Below are positions 12,387 through 23,502 of a stretch of 64,000 bases of DNA, piece after piece. Every line of letters begins with the position of its first letter. The first letter of the stretch is position 1. The notes under the pieces were generated by a model that had not been told where the DNA came from, ran no database searches, and saw only the letters and a list, made by a program, of their open reading frames with translations. Source of the stretch: Heterodontus francisci (taxonomy: Eukaryota); the NCBI RefSeq assembly GCF_036365525.1, contig NC_090376.1, positions 19,834,311-19,898,310 of the forward strand, read 5' to 3'. Made by a program: the position numbers and the translations under genes.

Positions 12387-12830
12387 GGCTCAGTTGGTAG
12401 CACTCTTGCCTCTGAGTCAGAAGACTGTGGGTTCAAGACCCACTCCAGTGTCTTGAGCACTAAAATCTAGGCTGATACTCCTGTGCAGTACTGAGAGAGT
12501 GCTGCACTGTTGGAGGAGCCACCTTTCGAATGAGACGTTAAACCAAAGCCCATCAATCACTCAGGTATATAGAAAAGATCCGATAGCACTAGTTCAAAGA
12601 GGGCAGGGGAGTTCTCTCCCTGGTGTTCTTGCCAATATTTGTCCCTCAATCAACATCACTAAAACAGATTGTCCCATTGTTATTACAATGCTGTTTGTGG
12701 GAGCTTGCTGTGTGCAATTGGTTGTCAGATTGCTGACAACAGTGACTGAAGTTCAAAAAAAAGTATTTCATTGGCTTTAAAGTGCTTTGGGATTTCCAGA
12801 GGTTGTAAAGGTGCTATATATATGCAAGCT
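12387..12830 (+). mobile_element. Deu/SacSINE1-like tRNA SINE, near full length
   Basis: A-box tggctcagttgg, B-box gggttcaagacc, central gtactgagagagtgctgcactg block, tail gtgctatata...atgcaag. Confidence 0.75.
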
Positions 12831-13023
12831 TTTTTTCTGATCAAGCCAAGGCTAGCTTAGTATGAATAAAGCTTACTGTGCAACACATGATGCATGGAAG
12901 GAAAACAAGAAAATGGAAATGGGACATGCTGGCAAAATGGTAAGACATTGGTAACATTGTCCCATCTCATTGACTGAGAATGATGGTTGGCACAATATGA
13001 TTAATGAGTTTAATTTTAATTAA

Positions 13024-16000
13024 TTTCTTTTTGCAGCGGCGACAGGGAGAGCGAGGTGGCAACTGGGTAAGTGAGTTTACAACTTATATAAACTTACCTT
13101 GTTGTTTTGGCGGTTTCTTTTTGCAGCGGCGACAGGGAGAGCGAGGTGGCAGCTGGGTAAGTCCTATATATTTGGGCAGCGGCTGAACCCGAGACACTAC
13201 ACCTGTAGTGTCTCCCACCCGCCCTCCTCCACTAACCAAAAAAAACCGACTCGGTGGTGTGCAGATAAGGTAAGGCTTTTTCTATTTTTTTTTTCCTGTG
13301 ATTGGTGAAAACTTTTCATTCCTTTTTCGTTTATCTAAGTTAAGAATAACTTAAGCTGAAGATTGAAAATGGCAGGAGATCTCAGACCCGTGTTATGCTC
13401 CTCTTGTTCAATGTGGGAGCTCAGGGACACGGCTGATGTCCCTGACTCCTTCACGTGCTGGAAGTGTGTCCAGCTGCAGCTCTTGTTAGACCGCATGACG
13501 GCTCTGGAGCTGCGGATGGACTCACTTTGGAGCATCCGCGATGCTGAGGAGGTCGTGGATAGCACGTTTAGCAAATTGGTCACACCGCAGATAAAGATTG
13601 CTGAGGGTGAAAGGGAATGGGTGACCAAAAGGCAGAGAAAGAGCAGGAAGGCAGCGCAGGTGTCCCCTGCGGTCATCTCCCTCCAAAACAGGTATACCGT
13701 TTTGGATACTGTTGAGGGAGATGGCTCACCAGGGGAAGGCAGCAGTAGCCAGGTTCATGGCACCGTGGCTGGCTCTGCTGTTCGGAAGGACGGGAAAAAG
13801 AGTGGAAGGGCTATAGTTATCGGGGATTCGATTGTAAGGGGAGTAGATAGGCGGTTCTGTGGTCGAAAACGAGACTCCCGAATGGTATGTTGCCTCCCAG
13901 GTGCACGGGTCAGGGATGTCTCAGATCGGCTGCACAGTGGCGCAGTGGTTAGCACCGCAGCCTCACAGCTCCAGGGACCCGGGTTCGATTCCAGGTACTG
14001 CCTGTGTGGAGTTTGCAAGTTCTCCCTGTGTCTGCGTGGGTTTTCTCCGGGTGCTCCGGTTTCCTCCCATAAGCCAAAAGACTTGCAGGTTGATAGGTAA
14101 ATTGGCCATTATAAATTGTCACTAGTGTAGGTAGGTAGGTGGTAGGGAAATATAGGGACAGGTGGGGATGTTTGGTAGGAATATGTGATTAGTGTATGAT
14201 TAGTATAAATGGGTGGTTGATGTTCGGCACAGACTCGGTGGGCCGAAGGGCCTGTTTCAGTGCTGTATCTCTAATCTAAAAAAAATTCTGAAAGGGGAGG
14301 GTGAACAGCCAGTTGTCGTTGTGCACATAGGCACCAATGATATAGGTAAAAAAACGGGATGAGGTCCTACAAGCAGAATTTAGGGAGTTAGGAGCCAAGT
14401 TAAAAAGTAGGACCTCAGAGGTAGTAATCTCAGGATTGCTACCAGTGCCACGTGATAGTCAGAGTAGAAATGAAAGAATAGTCAGGATGAATGCGTGGCT
14501 TGAGAGATGGTGCAGGAGGGAGGGGTTCAGATTTTTGGGACATTGGGACCGGTTCTGGGGGAGGTGGGACTATTACAAATTGGACGGTCTATACCTGGGC
14601 CGGACTGGAACCAATGTCCTTAGGGGTGCTTTTGCTAACGCTGTTGGGGAGGGTTTAAACTAATGTGGCAGGCGGATGGGAACCAAATGAGGAGGTCAGT
14701 GGACAGTAAGGAGGTAGTAACTAAAGCCTGTAAGGAACTAGATAATGAAGTCAGCGTGACTAAGGAAAAGAGTAGACAGGGAGCATATGATGAACGCAAA
14801 GGGACTGGTGGTCTGAGGTGCATTTGTTAATGCAAGAAGTGTAGTAGGTAAGGCAGATGAACTTAGGGCCTGGATTAGTAGTTGGGAGTATGATGTTATT
14901 GCTATTACTGAGACTTGGTTGAGGGAAGGGCATGATTGGCAACTAAATATCCCAGGATATCGATGCTTCCGGCGGGATAGAGAGGGAGGTAAAAGGGGTG
15001 GAGGAGTTGCAGTACTGGTCAAAGAGGATATCACAGCAGTGCTGAAGGAGGGCACTATGGAGGACTCGAGCAGTGAGGCAATATGGGCAGAACTCAGAAA
15101 TAGGAAGGGTGCGGTAACAATGTTGGGGCTGTACTACAGGCCTCCCAACAGCGAGCGTGAGATAGAGGTACAAATATGTAAACAGATTATGGAAAGATGT
15201 AGGAGCAACAGGGTGGTGGTGTTGGAGATTTTAATTTTCCCAACATTGACTGGGATTCACTTAGTGTTAGAGTCCAGATGGAGCAGAATTTGTAAGGAGC
15301 ATCCAGGAGGGTTTTCTAGAGCAGTATGTAAATAGTCCAACATGGGAAGGGGCCATACTGGACCTGGTGTTGGGGAATGAGCCCGGCCAGGTGGTTGAAG
15401 TTTCAGTAGGGGACTACTTTGGGAATAGTGATCACAATTCCGTAAGTTTTAGAATACTCATGGACAAAGACGAGAGTGGTCCCAATGGAAGAGTGCTAAA
15501 TTGGGGGAAGGCCAACTATACCAAAGTTCGGCAGGAGCTGGGGAATGTAGATTGGGAGCAGCTGTTTGAAGGTAAATCCACATTTGATATGTGGGAGGCT
15601 TTTAAAGAGAGGTTGATTAGCGTGCAGGAGAGACATGTTCCTGTGAAAATGAGAGAACCATGGATGACAGGTGAAATTGTGAGACTAGCTAAGAGGAAAA
15701 AGGAAGCATACATAAGGTCTAGGAGGCTGACGAAAGACGAAGCTTTGAAAGAATATCGGGAATTTAGGACCAATCTGAAACGAGGAATTAAGAGGGCGAA
15801 AAGGGGTCATGAAATATCTTTAGCAAACAGGGTTAAGGAAAATCCCAAAGCCTTTTATTCATATATAAGGAGCAAGAGGGTAACTAGAGAAAGGATTGGC
15901 CCACTCAAGGACAAAGGAGGAAAGTTATGCGTGGAGTCAGAGAAAATGGGTGAGATTCTAAACGAGTACTTTGTATCGGTATTCACCGAGGAGAGGGACA

Positions 16001-17680
16001 TGACGGATGTTGAGGTTAGGGACAGATGTTTGATTACTCTAGGTCAAGTCGGCATCAGGGTGGAGGAAGTGTTGGGTATTCCACAAGGCATTAAGGTGGA
16101 CAAGTCCCCAGGTCCGGATGGGATCTATCCCAGGTTACTGTGGGAAGCGAGAGAGGAAATAGCTGGGGCCTTAACAGATATCTTTGCAGCATCCTTAAAC
16201 ACGGGTGAGGTCCCGGAGGACTGGAGAATTGCTAATGTTGTCCCCTTGTTTAAGAAGGGTAGCAGGGATAATCCAGGTAATTATAGACCGGTGAGCCTGA
16301 CGTCAGTGGTAGGGAAGCTGCTGGAGAAGATACTGAGGGATAGGATCTATTCCCATTTGGAAGAAAATGGGCTTATCAGTGATAGGCAACGTGGTTTTGT
16401 GCAGGGTAGGTCATGTCTTCCCAACTTAATAGAATTCTTTGAGGAAGTGACAAAGTTGATTGATGAGGGAAGGGCTGTAGATGTCATATACATGGACTTC
16501 AGTAAGGCATTTGATAAGGTTCCCCATGGTAGGCTGATGGAGAAAGCGAAGTCGCATGGGGTCCAGGGTGTACTAGCCAGATGGATAAAGAACTGGCTGG
16601 GCAACAGGAGACAGAGAGTAGCAGTGGAAGGGAGTTTCTCAAAATGGAGACGTGTGACCAGTGGTGTTCCACAGGGATCCGTGCTGGGACCACTGTTGTT
16701 TGTGATATACATAAATGATTTGGAGGAAAGTATAGGTGGTCTGATTAGCAAGTTTGCAGACGACACTAAGATTGGTGGAGTAGCAGATAGTGAAGGGGAC
16801 TGTCAGAGAATACAGCAGAATATAAATAGATTGGAGAGTTGGGCAGAAAAATGGCAGATGGAGTTCAATCAGGGCAAATGCGAGGTGATGCATTTTGGAA
16901 GATCCAATTCAAGAGTGAATTATACAGTAAATGGAAAAGTCCTGGGGAAAATTGATGTACAGAGAGATTTGGGTGTTCAGGTCCATTGTTCCCTGAAGGT
17001 GGCAACGCAGGTCAATAGAGTGGTCAAGAAGGCACACGGCATGCTTTCCTTCATCGGACGGGGTATTGAGTACAAGAGTTGGCAGGTCATGTTACAGTTG
17101 TATAAGACTTTGGTGCGGCCACATTTGGAATACTGCGCGCAGTTCTGGTCGCCACATTACCAAAAGGATGTAGATGCTTTGGAGAGGGTGCAGAGGAGGT
17201 TCACCAGGACGTTGCCTGGTATGGAGGGCGCTAGCTATGAAGAGAGGTTGAGTAGATTAGGATTATTTTCATTAGAAAGACGGAGGTTGAGGGGGGACCT
17301 GATTGAGGTGTACAAAATCATGAGAGGTATCGACAGGGTGGATAGCAAGAAGCTTTTTCCCCCCAGAGTGGGGGATTCAATTACTAGGGGTCACGAGTTC
17401 AAAGTGAGAGGGGAAAAGTTTAGGGGGGATATGCGTGGAAAGTTCTTTACGCAGAGGGTGGTGGGTGCCTGGAATGCGTTGCCAGCGGAGGTGGTAGACG
17501 CGGGCACGATAGCATCTTTTAAGATGTATCTGGACAGATACATGAATGGGCAGGAAGCAAAGAGATACAGACCCTCAGAAAATAGGCGACATGTTCAGAT
17601 AGAGGATCTGGATCGGCGCAGGCTTGGAGGGCCGAAGGGCCTGTTCCTGTGCTGTAATTTTCTTTATTCTTTGTTCTTTG
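13024..17680 (+). mobile_element. Near-full-length CR1 (HER1-like) LINE: 5'UTR, ORF1 (Zn-finger plus SGNH/GDSL esterase), ORF2 (APE endonuclease plus RT)
   Basis: ORF1 13369-14663 (CxxC..CxxC, VIGDSIVR) disrupted by a SINE; ORF2 pieces 14919-15335 and 15367-17739 (PGNYRPVSLTS, YMDFSKAFD, GVPQGSVLGP, FADD); 3' tail ggccgaagggcctgttcctgtgctgt. Confidence 0.95.
13932..14284 (+). mobile_element. HE1-type SINE inserted into CR1 ORF1
   Basis: Near-identical to 783-1130; interrupts the ORF1 frame after DVSDRL. Confidence 0.9.
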
Positions 17681-17917
17681 TAATATCTGTGCTGAATATG
17701 ACTGGCATCATTGTTTCTAGCAGCAATTCCAATCTGTAACTAGTTCTAATCTTGTGTCTAGCAGTGATAAGAGGTCATTCAAACTCCTTTGCGAATGACA
17801 CAATTATTCAACGTGCTAGCTTTTTAAGTAATAAAGTCTTGTCACCATCTAGAAGACACATTTCTATTAGTTTATAGATTATGGTCAATGTGAGACAAGG
17901 CCAAAAGTAGCATATAG

Positions 17918-18334
17918 TGAAGGCCCGATAAAAAAACCCAACCCGAACCCAACAGAACCACATCAGACCCGAGCGCGACCCGGCCCGAATCCTTCCGCCG
18001 GCCCAAGTCCTTCCATTTTTTTCCCATGCCCGACCCGACCCGAGCCCGACCCGACCATAGTACACTCACGGTACTTATCACTTTTGGATGGATGGAATGG
18101 AAGGAAGCTGCACTGCTGCAGCATGAGCGCGATGATGTCATAGAGACACTCACTCACTCACTGCGCAGGCTCAGAGTCTGTGGAGTACTGTGGGTGTCCG
18201 AGTCGGACCCGGCCCGACCCAAGCCCGAAAGCCGGACCCGGAAGAGCAAGTTGACCCAACCAGAACCCGACACGACCAGAACCCGACACATGTCGTCGGG
18301 TCCCGTCAGGTTCGGGTCGGGTAGCAGGCCTTTA
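17918..18334. mobile_element. hAT-type MITE
   Basis: Perfect 8-bp TSD gcatatag (17910-17917, 18335-18342); 3' TIR agcaggccttta; (acccg)n arrays. Confidence 0.85.
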
Positions 18335-19373
18335 GCATATAGCATATGTGCAATACAGTGAAATAGTAGCTCAACTTTCGTGGCAATATGAAGCTAATCT
18401 TAACAGGTTTACAAAGTCTTTCATCTCCAATTATATTTTTCACATGAAATTATTTATTTTAGGATTTCCTGCAGTAGTCAGAAATAGGGACTATTGACTT
18501 GGCACCAGGATAGAAAGCAATAATGGATCGAGTCTTAAAGGTGAAGATAAGTGAGAATGGAAGATGGATGGGTTTAACATTTTTTCTTCACACCCACCTT
18601 CTTCTGTTTGTCTAAACCTTTGATTAGATTCATGCTGTTTTACTTGAATTATGAACATTTACATTAAAAAAGGCAGTACTGTGTAGCACCCATTGTGGAA
18701 AGGAAGATTGGTCAGTGTGCATAACGAGCAGTCAATTCCCCACCAACCATTTTATAGCTCCATCAAATATGAATTTCACTGGCCCTAATGGAACAAACAA
18801 TACTCAGTCAAATAATGTAATCCGTTAACTTCATGGCAGAGCTGTTATGTAAAAACCATGTATGGTAGGCAGGTTTGGAAATAATGTTTATCAGCTAATC
18901 CTGATGCAGCTCATGAGTTGTACATTTGGGAATACATTCTGCAGCTGATATACTTTGAGTTAATGAGTTACTGCTTACTATAATTTCACGCTTAGGTCAA
19001 ACTATAGACGTCAGCAGGTAATTGATGAGTAGCAGTTGCTGAATGGCACTACAGATAGCTCCTTCTGTCCCTTATCTGTTAGGAACAAAGGACTTAGAAG
19101 CAGGAGTAGGCCCTTCGAGCCTGCTCCGCCATTCAATAAGATCATGGCTGATCTGGTTTTAGTCTCAACTCCACTTTCCTTTCTGCACCCCCACTCCACC
19201 CCCCCCCCCCCACCCCCCATAACCCTTGACTCCCTTGCCTATTAAAAATCTATCTAACTCAGCCTTGAATAAATTCAATGTCCCAGCCATTGAAAAGAAT
19301 TCCACAGACTAACGACCCTTTGAGAAAAAAAATTCTCCTCATCTCCGTCTTATTCTTAAACTGTGTTCCCTAG

Positions 19374-19652
19374 TGTGGAGTTTGCAAGTTCTCCCTGTGT
19401 TTGCGTGGGTTTCCTCCGGGTGCTCCGGTTTCCTCCCACATGCCAAAGACTTGCAGGTTGATAGGTTAATTGGCCATTTTAAATTGCCCCTAGTATAGGT
19501 AGGTGGTAGGGAAATATAGGGACAGGTGGGGATGTGGTAGGAATATGGGATTAGTGTAGGATTAGTATAAATGGGTGGTTGATGTCGGCACAGACTCAGT
19601 GGGCCGAAGGGCCTGTTTCAGTGCTGTATCTTTAAACTAAACTAAACTAAAC
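19374..19652 (+). mobile_element. HE1-type SINE, 5'-truncated, nested in CR1
   Basis: Matches 857-1130; (aaact)n tail; flanking ctagtg repeat. Confidence 0.85.
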
Positions 19653-20455
19653 TAGTGCTAGTCTCCCCCACAAGGAAACATCCTCCCAGTATCCATTCTA
19701 TCAAGTCCCCTCGGGATCTTATATGTTTCAATAAGATCACCTCTCATTCTTCTAAACTCGAGTGGGCATAGGCCTTTCTTCATAAGCTAAGCCCTTCATC
19801 CCCGGAATTTGTCAAGTGAACCTTCATTGAACTGCTTCTAATCAACTATATCCTTTTTCAAATAAGGAGACCAAAACTGTACACAGTACTCCAGATGTGG
19901 TTTCACCAAGGTCCTGTACAGCTGCAGGAAAACTTCCCGACTTTTATATTTGATTTCTCTTGCAATAAATGCCAACATTCCATTTGTCTTCCTAAACACT
20001 TGCTGTACTTGCAGGCTAACCTTTTGTGATTCATGTACCAGGACACCCAGATCCCTCTGTACCACTGAGTTCTGCAATCTCTCTCCATTTAAATAGTATA
20101 CAGTTTTTCTATTCTTCCTGCCAAAGTAGACAAGTTCACATTTTCCCATATTATACTCCGTCTGCCAAATTTTTGCCCACTCACTTAACCTATCTATATC
20201 CTTTTGTAGTTTCTTTACCTCCTCTTGACAATTTACTTTCCTTCCTATCTTGATGTCATTGGAAAATTTAGCTACCATACATTCGATCCCTTCATCCACG
20301 TCATTGATATAAATTGTAAATAGTCGAGGCCCCAGCACTGATCACTGTGGCACTCCACTTGTTACAGTTTGCCAACTCAAAAAAGACCCATTTATCCCTA
20401 CTCTCTGCTTCCTGTTAGCTAACCAGTCCTTTATCCATGCTAATATGTAACCCCC

Positions 20456-21940
20456 AAAGGCATATAAATAGGAAAAGGTTGGTAAAAGGAGGAGTGGGGC
20501 CGATTACAGACCAGAAAGGAGATTTACACATGGAGGCAAAGGACATAGCTGAGGTATTAATTGAATACTTTGCATCTGTCTTTACCAAGGAAGAAGATGC
20601 AACCCAGGCAATGTTGAAATAGTCACATGGACAAATGCGAGTTAATTAAGGAAAGCCAGCATGGATTTCTTAAGGGAAAATCATGTTTAACTAATTTGCT
20701 GGAGTTTTTTGAGGAGGTAACAGAGAGGGTTGATGAGGGCAATGCTGTTGATGTGGTGTACATGGACTTTCAAAAGGCATTTGATATAGTGCCACACAAC
20801 AGACCTGTGAGCAAACTTGTAGCTCATGGAATAAAAGGGACAGTAGCAACATGGATATGAAATTGGCTGAGTGACAGGAAACAAAGAATAGTGGTTAATG
20901 GATGTTTTTTGGGCTGGAGGTCAGTTTGTAGTGGAGCTCCCCAGAAATCAGTGTTGGGACCCTTACTTTTCCTGATATATATTAATGACCTAGACCTTGG
21001 TGTACAGGGCACAATTTCAAAGTTTACAGATGATACAAAACTTGGAAGCACTGTGACCTGTGAGGAGGATAGTGTAGAATTTCAAAAGGACATAGACAAG
21101 TTGGTGGAATGAGCAGATAGGTGGCAGATGAGGTTCAATGCAGAGAAATGTGAGGTGATTCATTTTGGGAGGAAGAACATGGAGAGACAATATAGAATAA
21201 AGGGCACAATTCTAAAGGGGGTGCAGGAGCAGAGGGACCTAGGACCTATGTGCATAAGTCATGAAAGGTGGCAGGACAGGTTGAGAGAGCAGTTAATAAA
21301 GCATACAGTATCCTGGACTTTATTAATAGAGGCATAGAGTACAAGAGCAAGGAAGTTATGTTGAACTTGTATAAGACACTAGCTTGGCCTCAGCTGGACT
21401 ATTGCGTCCAATTCTGGGCGCCACACTTGAGGAACGAGGTGAGGGCATTGGAGAGAGTACAGAAGAGATTCACGAGAATGGTTCCAGGGATGAGGAGTTT
21501 CAGTTATGAAGATTGGAGAAGTTAGGACTGTTTTTCCTGGAGAAGAGAAGGCTGAGAGGTGATTTGATAGAGGTATTCAAAATAATGAGGGGTATGGACA
21601 GAGTAGATAGAGAGAAACTGTTCCCGCGCGTAAAAAGTTTGAGAATGAGAGGGCACAGATTTAAAGTATTTGGTAAAAGAAGCAAAAGTGACATGAGGAA
21701 AAACTTTTTCACGCAGCGAGTGGTTAAGGTCTGGAATGTGCTGTCCTAGAAAGTGATGGAAGCAGGTTCAATTGAAGCATTCAAAAGAGAATTAGACAGT
21801 TATATGAAAAGGAAGAATGTGCAGGGTTATGTGGAGAAGGCAGGGGAATGGGACTGAGGGAATAGCTCTTTCAGAGAGCCAGTGCAGACACGATGGGCCG
21901 AATGGCCTCCCTCTGCACTGTAACAATTCTGTGATTCTGT
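20456..21940 (+). mobile_element. CR1 LINE, 5'-truncated with internal deletion, nested in the minus-strand CR1
   Basis: ORFs 20627-20860, 20891-21112, 21268-21525 and 21513-21749 encode CR1 RT; (attctgtg)n tail. Confidence 0.9.
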
Positions 21941-23502
21941 AGTAACCTTTGATGTGGCACCTTATCAAATGCCTTTTGGAAATCCAAGTACACATCTACA
22001 GGTTCCCCTTTATCCACCCTGCTTATTACTTCCTCAAAGAATTCTAATAAATTAGTTAAACACGATTTCCCTTTCACAAAATCATGTTGACTCTGTCTGA
22101 TCCCATTATGATTTTCTAAGTATCCTGACATAACTTCCTTAATAATGGATTCTAGTAATTTCCCTATGACAGGTGTTAGGTTAACTGGCCTAATGTTTCC
22201 TGCTTTCTGTCTCCCTCCTTTCTTGAACAAAGGTGTTACATTTGTATTTTCCAATTCACTGGAACCCTTCCAGAATCTAAGGAATTTTGGAAAATTATAA
22301 TCAAAGCCTCTACTATCTCTGCAGCCACTTCTTTTACCAGCCTAGGATGCAGGTCATCTGGTCATGGGGACTTGTCAGTCTTAAGTCTAATAGTTTTCCC
22401 AGCACCTTTTTCCTGGTGATGCTGATTGTTCTAAGTTCCTACCACCCTTTCACCTCTTGTTTTTCAAGTATCTTTGACAGGTTTTCTAAGTCTTCTACAG
22501 TGAAAATAGACACAAAATACCTGCTCAACACATCCACCATTTCCTTGTTTTCCATTATCAATTCCCTAGACTCCCTCTCTAGAGGACCAACACTAGCTTT
22601 AGTTATTCTTTTCCTATTTAAATACTTGTAGAAATTTTTATTATCTATTTTTATATTACTAGCTAGCTCTCATATTCTACTTTCTCCCTCTTAATTATTA
22701 TTGTTGAATAGGAGGGGAAGGTAGAATGGTAATTAGTGGGTTACATTACTTGGTTAAGGGAGCAACTAGATCTTGTCAACCAGTCATGAGCATTATAGTC
22801 AGGATATTGTCAGGGTCTATAGCCTTTGTTGTGTCCAGTACCCTCACCCACTTCTTAATGTTACTTGGAGTGAACCGAGTTAGCTGGACACTATCATTCG
22901 TGATGGTGATGGTTCTGGGAGGAGTCCTAATGGAATTGTCCATTCCATACTTTTTCATCTCTTGCACTCAAATGGTTGAGGATGGGAATGTTCATCAAGC
23001 CTCCTCCTGCTAATTGCCTTATTGTCCACCAGCATTCTAGACTGAATGAGCTGACAAGTGATCGGTAATGTTTGTTTTGTCTTTTGACTTGGACATGGAT
23101 ACCAATCCAAGGTACAACTCCCTATGCGAGTCCATTCCGATGTGCCTTGTGCTTAGCTTTCAAGACACCAGTAAAATGCAGCATGGTGTTAGATAATGTG
23201 GTGAACAGAGGTGAGCTCTCAGGCAATCAAAGGAGGCAGCTAGTACTGGAACCACATAGTGGCAACTGAATTATCTCATGGCAGAATGGGACACTTAGGT
23301 ACACCAATACTTTCCTACAAAGGGGGAAAGAAATCATCAGCAGATGGTGGACACTAAATTATTGCCACATAGGCCTTCTTCTATTTGAAGAGCACTTGAG
23401 TTGAGTCCAAAGGGCCTAGATTTGAAGTCCTCCTTAAAAGAGTATTCTATCATAGTCTTGAAATATTGTGATATTCTGCAACCACAATGCTATCAAAATT
23501 GA

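Larger units (their letters stand above)
19080..22700 (-). mobile_element. Older CR1 LINE (ORF2 3' part), interrupted by an HE1 SINE and an oppositely oriented CR1
   Basis: ORFs 19838-20338 and 21871-22254 encode CR1 RT; sequence resumes at 21941 after the nested element. Confidence 0.88.

Noticed and set aside
13859-14125. ORFs with VAQWLAPQPHS peptides (also 597-977)
   Set aside because: Spurious translations of HE1 SINE sequence
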